Positions 48,455 to 62,400 of a DNA stretch of 64,000 bases are shown here, in pieces (the first letter of the stretch is position 1; every line of letters starts with the position of its first letter). The notes below the pieces were generated by a model, which saw only the letters and a list, made by a program, of their open reading frames with translations, was not told the origin of the DNA and did not search any database. The translations under genes were made by a program, and so were the position numbers. The DNA comes from Squalus acanthias (lineage: Eukaryota): positions 144,090,001-144,154,000 of the forward strand of contig CM059432.1 of the NCBI GenBank assembly GCA_030390025.1. The letters run 5' to 3'.

Positions 48455-48589
48455 GGGGGGTGATTCGAACCCAGTTGTAATTGACATTGGCTTCAACGGA
48501 GAGTAAATCAGGCAGGGGGTGTAAATCAGGGGGTAAAACGAGTGGGCGACCCAGTCCTGTTGGGCGGGCTAGGTTAAAATGGCATCCCT
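48455..48589. mobile_element. Possible short decayed MITE
   Basis: Imperfect inverted ends GGGGGTGATTCGAACC ... GGTTAAAATGGCATCCC; reverse complement resembles 59405-59480. Confidence 0.45.
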
Positions 48590-49117
48590 TAAGTCTCCGA
48601 TCTGAGCTGGGGTGTTTTGGCGAGGTGTCTGTTGGAGGGAGATCGGATGCAGGGTCCCTCTAGATCACTCTGTGGGACCTCCTACCAGCTGCTTATCCAA
48701 TGGCAATGGTGGAGCGCTGGGGCCCGTCAGTCAGTGATGGTATGTGGACCGAGGATTACAGAGAGGCAACACGATAGGAAATAAATAAAATGCCCTTTTA
48801 AGGAAAAGAAAAGCACAGGGAGAGTTAGGAGAGGCGACCAACAGCTTAAATCAGAAGATTGGGAAGGTCCAGAGAGAAGGGGAGAGGGTTGAGGGAGGGG
48901 TAATTGCGGAGAATGGGCTGAGGGAAAGGTTAAAGGTGAACAGCAGCTTGCCAGCGCGGTGCATGCATGGCAACTGGTTAGAATCGCACAGCACGCAAGG
49001 AGGCCATTCGGCCCATCGTGCCTGTGCTAGCTAAATCGGTGTTACAGAATCAGAGTGGGATCTTCAGGGATTGTATCTGCCATGTAGCAAATTTATGTTG
49101 AGAACCTCACTGACAGC

Positions 49118-49525
49118 ATTCACTCTCGGGATGTGGGCGTTGCTGGCATGGCCGGCATTTATTGCCAATCCCTAGTTGCCCACAGACAGTGGTGGTGGGC
49201 CTTCTCTTTGAGCCGCTGGGTAGTGGGTTTTTTGAGAGCAGTTAAGAGCCAACCACATTGGTGTGGGACTGGAGTCACATATAGGCCCAGACCGGGTAAG
49301 GACGGCAGGTTTCCTTCCCTAAAGGGACATTAGTTGGGTTTTTACGACAATCCGACAGCTTCACGGTCACTTTTACTGACGCCAGCTTTTTATTCCCAGA
49401 TCTTTGAAACTGAATTCAGATACTGAGACTGCCCACGGTGGGATCTGAACTCACGTTCCCTGGGATTACTAGTCCAGGCCTCTGGAGTACGGGTCACATA
49501 ACCCCAAACGTCACTGTACCGGGTC
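49118..49525 (-). mobile_element. SINE (third family), near full length with tRNA-like head
   Basis: Minus strand: B-box-like GAGTTCAGATCC, shared body, tail GGCAATAAATGCCGGCCATGCCAGCAACGCCCACATCCC. Confidence 0.82.
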
Positions 49526-51054
49526 AATCAAAATGAGCAGCTTTCCCCCACCCACCCACCCACCCAACTGAGGCACGTGGCAAGTCTGATCTGATGGCAC
49601 CAGTTGGCACTTGCTGGGATTGCAGCCCCTGCGACTGATTTCACTGAAAGTGGCTGAGGAGAAGTTTGCAGCCAATGCAGCCCCCGTATCTCTGGAGGGA
49701 GGAGGCGAGCAGTGGGCTATGACATGGGAGGATGTTGGGAAAGGAAAAAATAACCTTTTGCAAGAATGGTTTTAAAATGACAATATTTACACTAAAGGGG
49801 AGTTAATGTGCTTGAAACCGAGCTGGACCGTTCTGGATGTTCTCCCCGGTGGACCTGTTAAAGACCAGCTCCATCCCAGGCTTCAGCCCTGTTATTGCCT
49901 TTTTAAGCAGTAGCTGGCTGATTAGCTGCAGAGGGTAATGACGGAGCATTGGAGTTGAAAACAGGACCTGCAGTTTGTAAACGATCATTGGATAAGCCTT
50001 TAGACAGTGCAGCCCTATTGTTGACACTTGCCAGTACCTGTAGATATATGGAGTGAGGAGCTGGCACATGTAGAAAGCAGTTAAACATCCAGTATTTTTC
50101 ACAGGGCCTGGCTGCAGCTACAGTGAGGAATTTAATCAGCAGATTTCTGTGAACTCTGCTATGAATACAAGCCTCTCATTGCTTGCAGTGAACTTCACAT
50201 TGTCCGTGGGCTTCTGTTTGTCGAGGAAGTTTGATCTCTGGTTAGTCAGTTGAAGGGCCGCAGACACGGTGACGATTGTTTTGACTCACAAGTCCTCGTG
50301 TTTAAGAACGTAACACAACGGTGAATCATTCTGAGTGGCTCTGGCACTTTTGGTACTGTTTCAAATTTCGGGTCAGCCTGGCAATCACTGGCACTGTGCC
50401 GTAAGCGGTCTGAGCGCCTTGTGTTCAGGAGCGCACCTGTAGCAACTAATGTCTAATCATAGGTTAACATAACCCTGGCGTGTAACAATAGGACCTCGTG
50501 GTCTGAACTGGATATTGTGTCTTTGACGTGAGTGCTTCCAATCTTGCAGTCGGTGGGCTGTTAACATTTAAGTGCGATGAGACCAGATGCAACCCATTAA
50601 GCTGTTTTATTTTACAGTTGGCAAGTCAAAATACACAGTAACAGCTGTGATCAAAACTTACTTATTTCACGTCATGGAAGGTGGACAGGCCGAGCTGCCC
50701 CTCGCCTGCCCGACACGACCCAGAGACAGAAATTGGTCGCAGTATGTAACATGCGGACTGAGGGGTCTTTATATCCAGTCTGGTGACCAACGACGTAAGT
50801 CTACGTCAGGAAGAGTTTTTCTGGCTGTTAAGGGAGCCGTAGGCAGGTCCGACATGGGCTGCAGCCCCTACAATAGTGAGAGGGGCCAGGAGCTGGTGAG
50901 GGACTGGGCAATGCCTTGGGTTTGATTCGCAACTTTCGAGTCACGTATTCTGATGTTAGGATCTGCCACCGTTTGCTCAGTCCCAATATGGACCGGGGAA
51001 TGGTAATAGGATCGTAACCTACATTTCATATTTTCTTTCTGGATGAAAACTTGG

Positions 51055-52485
51055 AATCATAGAATCGCACAGCACAGAAGGAGGCCATTCGGCCCATCGT
51101 ATTTGTGCCGGCTCTTTGAAAGAGCCGCCCAATTAGTGTTACCCCCCTGCTCTTTCCCCATATCCCTGCAAATTTTTCCCCTTCAAGTATTTATCCAATT
51201 CCCTTTTGAAAGTTACTATTGATTTTTTTTGATATATGTAAATGACCTGGGTATTGGAATACAGAGTAGAATTTCTAAATTTGCCGATGACACCAAACTT
51301 GGGGGTGTGACAAACAGTGAGGATGATACCAATCAACTGCAACAGGACATGGAAAGGCTAGCAGAATGGGCAGACAAGTGGCAGATGGAATTTAATACAG
51401 AGAAGTGTAAGGTGATGCATTTTGGCAGAAGGAACAGGGATAGGCAACATACACTGAATGGCACAGTATAAAGAGTGTGCAGGGACAGAGAGACCTGGGA
51501 GTTAATGTGTATAGGTCCCTGAAGGTGGCAGGACATATTGAGAGAGTGGTTAGCAAAGCATATGGGATCTTGGGCTTCATAAATAGAGGTATTGAGTACA
51601 AAAGTAGAGAAGTTATGCTGAACCTTTATAAAGCACTAGTTAGGCCACAACTGGAGTATTGCATCCAGTTCTGGTCACCACACTTTAGGAAGGATGTGAA
51701 GGCCCTTGAGAGGGTGCAGAGGAGATTTACCAGAATGGTTCTGGGGATGGGGGATCTTAGCTACAAGGACAGGTTGGAGAAGCTGGATTTGTTTTCATTA
51801 GAGCAAAGGAGGTTGCGGGGTGATTTGATAGAGGTGTACAAGATTATGGCAGGTTTGGATAGGCTAGACGGGGAAAGGCTGTTCCCACTAGTTGATGGTA
51901 CAAGGACTAGGGGACACAGATTTAAGGTTTTGGGCAAGAGATACAGGGGGGATGTAAGGAAAAACTTTTTTACGCAGCGAGTGGTGAGGACCTGGAACTC
52001 GCTGCCGACGGAAGTGGTGGAAGCGGACACTCTCAATGTTTTCAAGGGGAGACTGGATAGGCACTTGAGGGAAATAAACTTGCAGGGCTACGGGGATAGA
52101 GCGGGGGAATGGGACTGACTGGATTGCTCTACAGAGAGCCGGCATGGACTTGATGGGCCCAATGGCCTTCTTCTGTGCCGTTTATGATTCTATAAATCTG
52201 CTTCCACCGCCCTTTCAGGCAGCGCATTCCCGATCACAACAACCCGCTGTGTAAAAAGAATTCTCCTCATCTCCCCTCTGGTTCTTTTGCCAATTATCTT
52301 AAATCTGTGTCCTCTGGTTACCGACCCTTCTGCCAGTGGAAACAGTTTCTCCTTATTTACTCTATCAAAACCTCTCATGATTTTGAACACCTCTATTAAA
52401 TCTCCCCTGAACCTTCTCTAAGGAGAAACAATCCCAGTTTCTCTCCACATAACTGAAGTCCCTCAATCCCAGGTACCGTTCTATT
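51055..52485 (-). mobile_element. CR1 3' fragment split by an opposite-strand CR1
   Basis: AGTTACTATTGA (~51222) joins ATCTGCTTCCACCGCC (~52196), contiguous in other copies. Confidence 0.9.
51228..52193 (+). mobile_element. CR1 LINE ~1-kb 3' fragment (end of RT to tail, one frameshift near 51470)
   Basis: IYVNDL..SKFADDTKLGG..WQMEFNTEKCKVMHFG and RDLGV..LEYCIQFWSPHFRKD..RRLRGDLIEVYKI. Confidence 0.95.
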
Positions 52486-53142
52486 TGAAACACTAACCCT
52501 AACCCTAAAGTGCCCACATCTTAAGACACAGAAGCAAATGGAAAATTGTCAACTCAATTCATAAAAAAGACTTTTGATGTCCAATTTACGTTCTAAATCC
52601 AGACTGTCTGTTTCAGAAGCAGATGCCCAGTAACCCTCTCTGGTACTCTTTTTGTCAGATTTAGCATTTCTCCGTACTGTAAGACAAAACTTTAATGTTA
52701 TAAAGTTACGTGACTTCAATTGAAATGAGTAACATGGCTTAACTGAAAATATATTTTAAAAATGAGTTTCCATCAGTTCCTGAGTGTAGTTTTAATTATT
52801 TAGGGGGGGGGGGGTGGTTTCTGAATGTGATTGTGCAGGGCGCCCAGAATCCATCCAGTGCCCCCGCTGCCCACCATCTCTCCAGGGTTAGCGTTACTAA
52901 GTGAAACAGCCACGAGTCGATTGCACCTGTCGTTGTACCGTGGGAATGGGAGAGGGACGTGTGGGGGTGAGTGACCAGGGGCTGGGGAAGCACAGCAGCA
53001 TTTCCTTTCGCCCACTCGAGGTACAGGAGGGGCTTTGTACATTTTAATTGCTTTATTTTTAAAAGGTCTTTTTTAAATTTGTAAATGTAATGCTCTACCG
53101 GGGTAGGATGGTGAAATTTATAATACTGAACATGCCCCAGTT

Positions 53143-53612
53143 CAACAACAAGTTGTATTTATACAGCGCCTTTAACATAGTAAAACGTCCCAGGGCGCGT
53201 CACAGGAGCGATTATCAAACAAAATTTGACACCGAGCCACATAAGGAGATATTGGGACAGGTGACCAAAAGCTTGGTCAAAGAGGGAGGTTTTAAGGAGC
53301 GTCTTAAAGGAGAGAGAGGTGGCGAGGCAGAGATTTAGGGAGGGAATTCCAGAGCTTAAGGCCCAGGCAACTGAAGGCAGGGCCGCCAGTGGTGGAGCGA
53401 TGGAAATTGGGGATGCGCAAGAGGCCAGAAATGGAGGAGCGTAGAGATCTCGGAGGGTTGTAGGGTTGGAGGAGGTTACAGAGATACGGAGGGGGCGAGG
53501 CGATGGAGGGATTTGAAAACAAGGATGAAATTTTAAAATCAAGGCGTTGTCGGACCGGCATCCGATGTAGGTCAGTGAGCACAGAGGGTGATGGGTGAAC
53601 GGTCAGGATACG
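53143..53612 (-). mobile_element. L2 LINE 3' fragment
   Basis: LTDLHRMPVRQRLDFKI..PPYLCNLLQPYNPPRSLRSS..AFSCLGLKLWNSLP. Confidence 0.92.
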
Positions 53613-55509
53613 GTTTGGAAAAAGGCCAAAACTGTGAGGAACCCAATACGGTTGGTAGGAAGTGGGTTTTGCTTCACATCCCCGTTCAGCGATAGTTTAG
53701 ACCGAGCCTGAACCTGGAGTTCGGACCTGGTGTGACACTGAATGAAGAGGAGTGAACGGGGTGGACTCACTCCGCTATGTTTCAGGGAACGGTTTGGGGC
53801 CACGGTGTGTGGTTTCCATGACGCGCGGTTTCCACAATGTGTGAAGTCGAAACCACTTCTCACCAATGATAAACCTGGAGAGTAAATGCATCCGACACAT
53901 CCCAGCTGTTCATAAAGACTAACCTTCGAAGGCTGCTGATGCCGCACACATTAGAACTGCTCGGTTAACGTTGAATGATAGAAGGATTTGGGGGATCTTG
54001 GCTGCTAACTTGGAGCTGTCTCGTGTCTGAGGCCTCGTGCAGCCCAGAGCCTGGATTCCTGCCCGTGTTCTCGGCAGACAGTCGGATCATGGGAACTGGT
54101 CCTGGATGGATGTTTGTGTATGTTTTCATAGCTCAGGAAAGAACAACAGTGAGGCTACTGGCCCGAACTTGGGAGGTAAGTGAATTACTAGCCTGGGTGT
54201 CCTGTTTGTTGGTACGGGGGAAGGCGAAGCCTTGAGGAGACATAACAGAGAGCAGGAGAGTGCGGACAGATTTCTGATGGGTGAATATTGACTCTGTTGT
54301 GTGGATGGGTCTGATGAGGAGGCCAGAAAACTCGCACGGAATTAGTTCCAATCCTTCTCGGGCATATCCTGCAAGCATTCCGCTCTCTGTGTTGATTTTA
54401 CTTGGAATTCTGAAAGCAGAATGGATACAACGACCGTCTAACGGAAGGGCGAATGGGCCGGTGGAGACGCTCACCCACGGCACTGCCACGCTCAGCGTGC
54501 TTGGAATACGGCCAAGCTACGACTGCCCACCAGTGGCTGGGGAAGTGCAAACAGCTCATGACCGTCCACTTACTGAAAGGCATTTCAATAAATGCGAGCT
54601 TGTTCTTTCTTTAGTTTTATAGTTCAGTGGCGATATTGCTAAAGTTCCAGAAATCCAATCACCGCTCGGATACAAAAGTCGTCTCACAGAAAGTCTGGTT
54701 GTATAAATGTTGGTGAATGAATAGCAATCCGTGTGCCCGCCATATTGGAGGGTCAGCAGCTTGGTGAGAATGGGGTCCACGGAACCTTGGCACCGAGTCT
54801 TTAACCAGCACGGTGAGAACAGGGTGGGTGGATTTCGGTCCCTTGTGCCTTTTGTTCTTTGCTTCGAACCCTCGGCCGCGGAGTTGTTCCTCCTTCTCTC
54901 CTCAGCTTGCAGGACGTACAGGACTCTAACCCTGACTGGGCGTTAAAGGTCTCCCGTCTGCCATTGACAACGAGAAAATGATCCCCAGTTTCGAGGTTGG
55001 GTGAGTGATGACCCCTCGACCAATGGGGGCCTACGCGGGATTCCACCCTCCAGTCGGTCGTGGTTGAACTCGTTAACCCAGACTTCATTGAGGCTCTGGC
55101 ACATCAGTTATGTTCCTGACTGTGAAATTATTGTGGCTCCCTGGGTAGGAATTAATGGAAGAGAACATCAGGCACTCTGCAGGGGAAGCCAAGCCATTTA
55201 AATAACATTAAATGCAGACTCAGTTGTGGTGGCTGCAATCCGTTTAACATTGAGCTGTTGAACAATAAGTGGATTTGAATTGATCCTGGTGTGTGTATAT
55301 AACGAAACCCAGTCTATATCACGGCGGGTAAATCGAAGGAAATCAGCCTAGCTAGTCAACCTCTGTGATCCTGCTCCCTGCAGCTTAAGAGACCAGTAAT
55401 GTCATTCATCTCCCATCATACGGCTGCAGGCCCCTGGTATTCAGCTCAGGAGATTGTTGGATCTCAGCTGTGGCTCAGTAGGTAGCACTCTCGGCTCTGC
55501 GTCAGAACG

Positions 55510-57691
55510 GAGGGAGCGCCGCACTGTCATAGGGGCAGTACTGAGGGAGCACTGCACTGTCGGAGGGGCAGTACTGAGGGAGCGCTGCACTGTCGGAGGG
55601 GCAGTACTGAGGGAGTGCCGCACTGTCGAAGGGGCAGTACTGAGGGAGCACCGCGCTGTCGGAGGGGCAGTACTGAGGGAGCGCCGCACTGTCGGAGGGG
55701 CAGTACTGAGGGAGCGCCGCGCTGTCGGAGGGGCAGTACTGAGGGAACGCCGCGCTGTCGGAGGGGCAGTACTGAGGGAGCGCCGCGCTGTCGGAGGGGC
55801 AGTACTGAGGGAGCGCCGCGCTGTCGGAGGGGCAGTACTGAGGGAGCGCCGCACTGTCGGAGGGGCAGTACTGAGGGAGCGCCGCACTGTCGGAGGGGCA
55901 GTACTGAGGGAGTGCCGCACTGTCGGAGGGGCAGTGCTGAGGGAGCGCCGCACTGTCGGAGGGGCAGTACTGAGGGAGCGCCGCACTGTCGGAGGGGCAG
56001 TACTGAGGGAGTGCCGCACTGTCGGAGGGGCAGTGCTGAGGGAGCACTGCACTGTCGGAGGGGCAGTGCTGAGGGAGTGCTGCACTGTCGGAGGGGCAGT
56101 GCTGAGGGAGTGCTGCACTGTCGGAGGGGCAGTACTGAGGGAGTGCGGCACTGTCGGAGGGGCAGTGCTGAGGGAGTACTGCACTGTCGGAGGGGCAGTA
56201 CTGAGGGAGTTTTGCACTGTCGGAGGGGCAGTGCTGAGGGAGTGCTGCACTGTCGGAGGGGCAGTGCTGAGGGAGTGCGGCACTGTCGGAGTGGCAGTAC
56301 TGAGGGAGTGCTGCACTGTTGGAGTGGCAGTGCTGAGGGAGTTCTGCACTGTCGGAGGGGCAGTATTGAGGGAGCGCCGCACTGTTGGAGGGGCAGTACT
56401 GAGGGAGCGCCGCACTGTTGGAGAGGCAGTACTGAGGGAGCGCCGCACTGTCGGAGGGGCAGTACTGAGGGAGCGCCGCGCTGTCGGAGGGGCAGTACTG
56501 AGGGAACGCCGCGCTGTCGGAGGGGCAGTACTGAGGGAGCGCCGCGCTGTCGGAGGGGCAGTACTGAGGGAGCGCCGCGCTGTCGGAGGGGCAGTACTGA
56601 GGGAGCGCCGCACTGTCGGAGGGGCAGTACTGAGGGAGCGCCGCACTGTCGGAGGGGCAGTACTGAGGGAGTGCCGCACTGTCGGAGGGGCAGTGCTGAG
56701 GGAGCGCTGCACTGTCAGAGGGGCAGTGCTGAGGGAGCGCCGCACTGTCGGAGGGGCAGTACTGAGGGAGCGCCGCACTGTCGGAGGGGCAGTACTGAGG
56801 GAGTGCCGCACTGTCGGAGGGGCAGTGCTGAGGGAGCGCTGCACTGTCAGAGGGGCAGTGCTGAGGGAGCGCCGCACTGTCGGAGGGGCAGTACTGAGGG
56901 AGCGCCGCACTGTCGGAGGGGCAGTACTGAGGGAGTGCCGCACTGTCGGAGGGGCAGTGCTGAGGGAGCGCTGCACTGTCGGAGGGGCAGTGCTGAGGGA
57001 GTGCTGCACTGTCGGAGGGGCAGTGCTGAGGGAGTGCTGCACTGTCGGAGGGGCAGTACTGAGGGAGTGCGGCACTGTCGGAGGGGCAGTGCTGAGGGAG
57101 TACTGCACTGTCGGAGGGGCAGTACTGAGGGAGTTTTGCACTGTCGGAGGGGCAGTGCTGAGGGAGTGCTGCACTGTCGGAGGGGCAGTGCTGAGGGAGT
57201 GCGGCACTGTCGGAGTGGCAGTACTGAGGGAGTGCTGCACTGTTGGAGTGGCAGTGCTGAGGGAGTTCTGCACTGTCGGAGGGGCAGTATTGAGGGAGCG
57301 CCGCACTGTTGGAGGGGCAGTACTGAGGGAGCGCCGCACTGTTGGAGAGGCAGTACTGAGGGAGCGCCGCACTGTCGGAGGGGCAGTGCTGAGGGAGCGC
57401 TGCACTGTCGGAGGGGCAGTGCTGAGGGAGCGCTGCACTGTCGGAGGGGCAGTACTGAGGGAGCACCGCACTGTTGGAGGGGCAGTACTGAGGGAGCGCC
57501 GCACTGTTGGAGAGGCAGTACTGAGGGAGCGCCGCACTGTCGGAGGGGCAGTGCTGAGGGAGCGCTGCACTGTCGGAGGGGCAGTGCTGAGGGAGCGCTG
57601 CACTGTCGGAGGGGCAGTGCTGAGGGAGTTCTGCACTGTCGGAGGGGCAGTATTGAGGGAGCGCCGCACTGTTGGAGGGGCAGTGCTGAGG
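55510..57691. repeat. 33-bp minisatellite, about 66 units
   Basis: Same unit as 36604-37952 (GCAGTACTGAGGGAGCGCCGCACTGTCGGAGGG variants), more homogeneous. Confidence 0.98.
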
Positions 57692-57935
57692 GTTCTTTGG
57701 TTCTTCTGCCAATCACCTTAACTCTGTGTCCTCTGGTTCTCAGCCTTCCTGCCAATGGGAATAGTTTCTCTCTATCTACTCTGTCTAGACCCCTCATGAT
57801 TTTGAACACCTCTATCAAATCTCCTCTCAACCTTCTCTGCTCTGAGGAAAACAACCCCATCTTCTCCAGTCTATCCACATAACTGAAGTCCCTCATCCCT
57901 GGAACCATTCTTGTAAATCTTTTCTGCACCTTCTC
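57692..57935 (-). mobile_element. Internal CR1 fragment lacking its 3' end
   Basis: QKRFTRMVPGMRDFSYVDRLEK..RRLRGDLIEVFKIM..TRGHRVKVIGRRT, cut off at the array. Confidence 0.9.
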
Positions 57936-59457
57936 TCAGGCCTGCATTACAACAGTGACTACACTTCAAAAGTACTTCATTGGCTGCAAAGCGCTTTGGG
58001 ACCTCCTGAGGTCGGGAAAGGTGCTGGAGAAATGCAGGTCCTTTTCTTTCAATGACCCAGATTGCCATGTTTGTGTGGACTGTGCTCGCTCGGACTGGTC
58101 TCAGCTGGTGGCCTGGTCGAAGTGGAGCCAACAGGTCCAGTCCCTCTTTATTCTTGTGGGGCCGGGTGGAGCAGGAATGTTCATCTCGGCTCCAGGAACC
58201 CAGCCTGGGCCCCCAACCGCTCCACGCCAACCCCCCCTACCCGCCTCCTCCTCCGCTAACCCGAGTCCCCCCTCAGTTCTATACATCTACAAATGGTGTA
58301 TATCTCAGGATCAGTTCTGTATCAGTACAAATTCTACATACTGTAGACAACGCTTTTAATTATATTCATTTATAACTTTGTATCAAAAAGGCTTTTTAAA
58401 AATCTCTTTAAGGAATTCCAGATAGGATTTATTAATCTAATTTCCTGAATGCCTGAGAGAAGTTATTGATTTCAGGACAGGAATAATAGGTTTAGGGACT
58501 GTAAAGAGCATTGTGGTTTATTAATTGTAAGTATTCTAATTGCCATGTTGCCTTCTATCTATTTATGGTTATTTACAAACCTTTCCTCTGAGGAATCTCC
58601 TCCAGCCTGCTGACTGGGGCGGTCCATGTTCACCAGTGTCCAACGTCACCCCCTGGTGGCCAAGCAGAGCTTCTCATCCGATCACGCAAAATAAATACTA
58701 TATACGATGGCCGTTCTTATTATTCTTGAACTTGCCTCTTTTTGATTTATTTATGTATTAACAATCTGCGATTATTTCCCACCTTCTATTTCACCGACAT
58801 AGAAATTAAGAATGTGACATTTTTTTTCCTTTCGTTAACGAAGTGGTTAAAAACCTGATTGAAAGGGTGAATGTAAAACAGTTTTATGATTTTTTTCCCC
58901 CAGAAAAACAGCAAGATCTGAAAAACAGTAAAAGTCCCAAGCGGGTAAATCGCGGCTATAGAGCGTGCGTCGGCAGAATCTTAAAATTACACTGAACATT
59001 AACACCTAAGGTTGAAATAAACATTGCTGACACTGTGCCGCGGGTTATAGAATTCACAGCCTCTGATGACCTGGTCTGAGAGAGACTGTCAGAGCCAGAA
59101 TCTGTCTGGCCGGAGGTGGAGGTTACAGGTACAGACTGAGCGAGGGAGTTAGGATCAGACTGGGGGAGTGATTTAAGATGCTCGGACTGAGGGGGTTCCC
59201 ACATCACCTGTCTGCATTATCCACCAGCCCGAAATCTCCCCCAATGCTCCTTCCCACTGTCTCCAGCCTCCTGTGTCGCTCCCTCCCCCTCCACTGGTGA
59301 CACAACTTTCAACTGTTGGATCCTATTCTCTGCAACGCTCTCCCTAAACCTCTCTGCCTCCTCATCTCCCTCTCTCCTCTTAAAAACCCCCCTCACAATC
59401 CCATGGGGGAGATTTTAAACAAACCTGCCCCACTGGAAACATTTCTGTTCAGATCGA

Positions 59458-62400
59458 CCGCCCGTTACACACCCAGCCTGTTATACACCCGCCCGTTATA
59501 CACTCACCCGACACACACCCAGCCTGTTATACACCCCGCCCGTTATACACCCGCCAATTATACACCCAGCCTGTTATACACCCAGCCTGTTAACAACCCG
59601 CCCGTTATACACCCAGCCTGTTATACACCCGCCCGTTATACACCCAGCGTGTTATACACCCAGCCTGTTATACACCCGCCCGTTATACACCCAGCCTGTT
59701 ATACACCCAGCCTGTTATACACCCGCCCGTTATACACCCGCCCGTTACACACCCAGCCTGTTATACACCCGCCTGTTATACACCCGCCCGCTACACACCC
59801 AGCCTGTTATACACCCGCCCGTTATACACCTGCCTGTTACACACCCAGCCTGTTATACACCCGCCCGTTACACACCCAGTCTGTTATACACCCACCCGTT
59901 ATACACCCGCCTGTTACACACCCAGCCTGTTATACACCCGCCCGTTACACACCCAGCCCGTTATACACCCCGCCTGTTATACACCCCGTCCATTATACAC
60001 CCAGTCTGTTATACACCCGCCCGTTATACACCCGCCCGTTATACACCCGCCTGTTATACACCCCGCCTGTTATACACCCCGCCCGTTCTACATTCGCCCG
60101 TTATACACCCGCCCGTTACACACCCGCCCGTTACACACCCAGCCTGTTATACACCCGCCCATTATACACCCGCCCGTTACACACCCAGCCTGTTACGCAC
60201 CCGCCTGTTATACACCCGCCTGTTATACACCCAGCCCATTATACACCCGCCTGTTACACACCCAGCCTGTTATACACCCGCCCGTTATACACCCGCCCGT
60301 AACACACCCAGTCTGTTATACACCCACCCGTTATACACCCGCCCGTAACACACCCAGTCTGTTATACACCCACCCGTTATACACCCGCCCGTTATACACC
60401 CCGCCTGTTATACACCCAGCGCATTATACACCCGCCCGTTACACACCCAGCCTGTTATACACCCACCCGTTATACACCCGCCCGTAACACACCCAGTCTG
60501 TTATAAACCCACCCGTTATACACCCGCCTGTTACACACCCAGTCCGTTATACACCCCGCCTGTTATACACCCGGTCCGTTATACACCCAGACTGTTATAC
60601 ACCCACCCATTATACACCCGCCTGTTATACACCCCACCCGTTATACACCCACCCGTTATACACCCCATCCGTTATACACCCCGCCCGTTATACACCCCAC
60701 CCGTTATACACCCAGCCCGCTATACACCCCGCCCGTTATACACCCGCCCGTTATACACCCCACCTATTATACAACCCGCCTGTTATACACCCGCCCGTTA
60801 TACACTTAGCCTGTTATACACCCGCCCGTTATACACCCCACCCATTATACACCTCGCACGTTATACACCCGCCCGTTATACACCCCGCCTATTATACAAC
60901 CCGCCCGTTATACACCCGCCCGTTATACAAATGCCCGTTATACAACCCGCCCGTTATACACCCGCCCGTTATACACCCGCCCGTTATACACCCCGCCTGT
61001 TATACACCCCGCCCGTTATAGAACCCGTCCGTTATACACCCTGCCCGTTATACACCCCGCCCGTTACACACCCGCCCGTTATACACCCCTCCCGTTATAC
61101 ACCCACCCTTTATACACCCGCCCGTTATACACCCGCCCGTTATACACCCTGCCCGTTACACACCCAGCCTGTTATACACCCGCCCGTTATACACTCACCC
61201 GTCACACACCCAGCCTGTTATACACCCCGCCCGTTATACACCCACCAATTATACACCCAGCCTGTTATACACCCAGCCTGTTAACAACCCGCCCGTTATA
61301 CACCCAGCCTGTTATACACCCGCCCGTTATACACTCACCCGACACACACCCAGCCTGTTATACACCCCGCCCGTTATACACCCGCCAATTATACACCCAG
61401 CCTGTTATACACCCAGCCTGTTAACAACCCGCCCGTTATACACCCAGCCTGTTATACACCCGCCCGTTATACACCCAGCGTGTTATACACCCAGCCTGTT
61501 ATACACCCGCCCGTTATACACCCAGCCTGTTATACACCCAGCCTGTTATACACCCGCCCGTTATACACCCGCCCGTTACACACCCAGCCTGTTATACACC
61601 CGCCTGTTATACACCCGCCCGCTACACACCCAGCCTGTTATACACCCGCCCGTTATACACCTGCCTGTTACACACCCAGCCTGTTATACACCCGCCCGTT
61701 ACACACCCAGTCTGTTATACACCCACCCGTTATACACCCGCCTGTTACACACCCAGCCTGTTATACACCCGCCCGTTACACACCCAGCCCGTTATACACC
61801 CCGCCTGTTATACACCCCGTCCATTATACACCCAGTCTGTTATACACCCGCCCGTTATACACCCGCCCGTTATACACCCGCCTGTTATACACCCCGCCTG
61901 TTATACACCCCGCCTGTTATACACCCGGTCCGTTATACACCCAGACTGTTATACACCCACCCATTATACACCCGCCTGTTATACACCCCACCCGTTATAC
62001 ACCCACCCGTTATACACCCCATCCGTTATACACCCCGCCCGTTATACACCCCACCCGTTATACACCCAGCCCGCTATACACCCCGCCCGTTATACACCCG
62101 CCCGTTATACACCCCACCTATTATACAACCCGCCTGTTATACACCCGCCCGTTATACACTTAGCCTGTTATACACCCGCCCGTTATACACCCCACCCATT
62201 ATACACCTCGCACGTTATACACCCGCCCGTTATACACCCCGCCTATTATACAACCCGCCCGTTATACACCCGCCCGTTATACAAATGCCCGTTATACAAC
62301 CCGCCCGTTATACACCCGCCCGTTATACACCCGCCCGTTATACACCCCGCCTGTTATACACCCCGCCCGTTATAGAACCCGTCCGTTATACACCCTGCCC

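Larger units (their letters stand above)
55462..58042 (+). mobile_element. DeuSINE-like SINE remnant: head, expanded array, deletion/CR1 junction, tail
   Basis: Head TCAGCTGTGGCTCAGTAGGTAGCACTCTC near 55464; tail CATTACAACAGTGACTACACTTCAAAAG..AAATGCAG at 57945-58040. Confidence 0.8.

Noticed and set aside
53603..55200. Cluster of short ORFs and a possible small exon (TTTTCATAG..GAG/GTAAG at ~54132-54175)
   Set aside because: No recognisable protein and no partner exons; splice-like motifs alone are insufficient
55441..57929. 736-755-aa ORFs with 11-aa repeats, and a CR1-repeat fusion ORF
   Set aside because: A 33-bp unit keeps several frames open; the unit derives from a non-coding SINE
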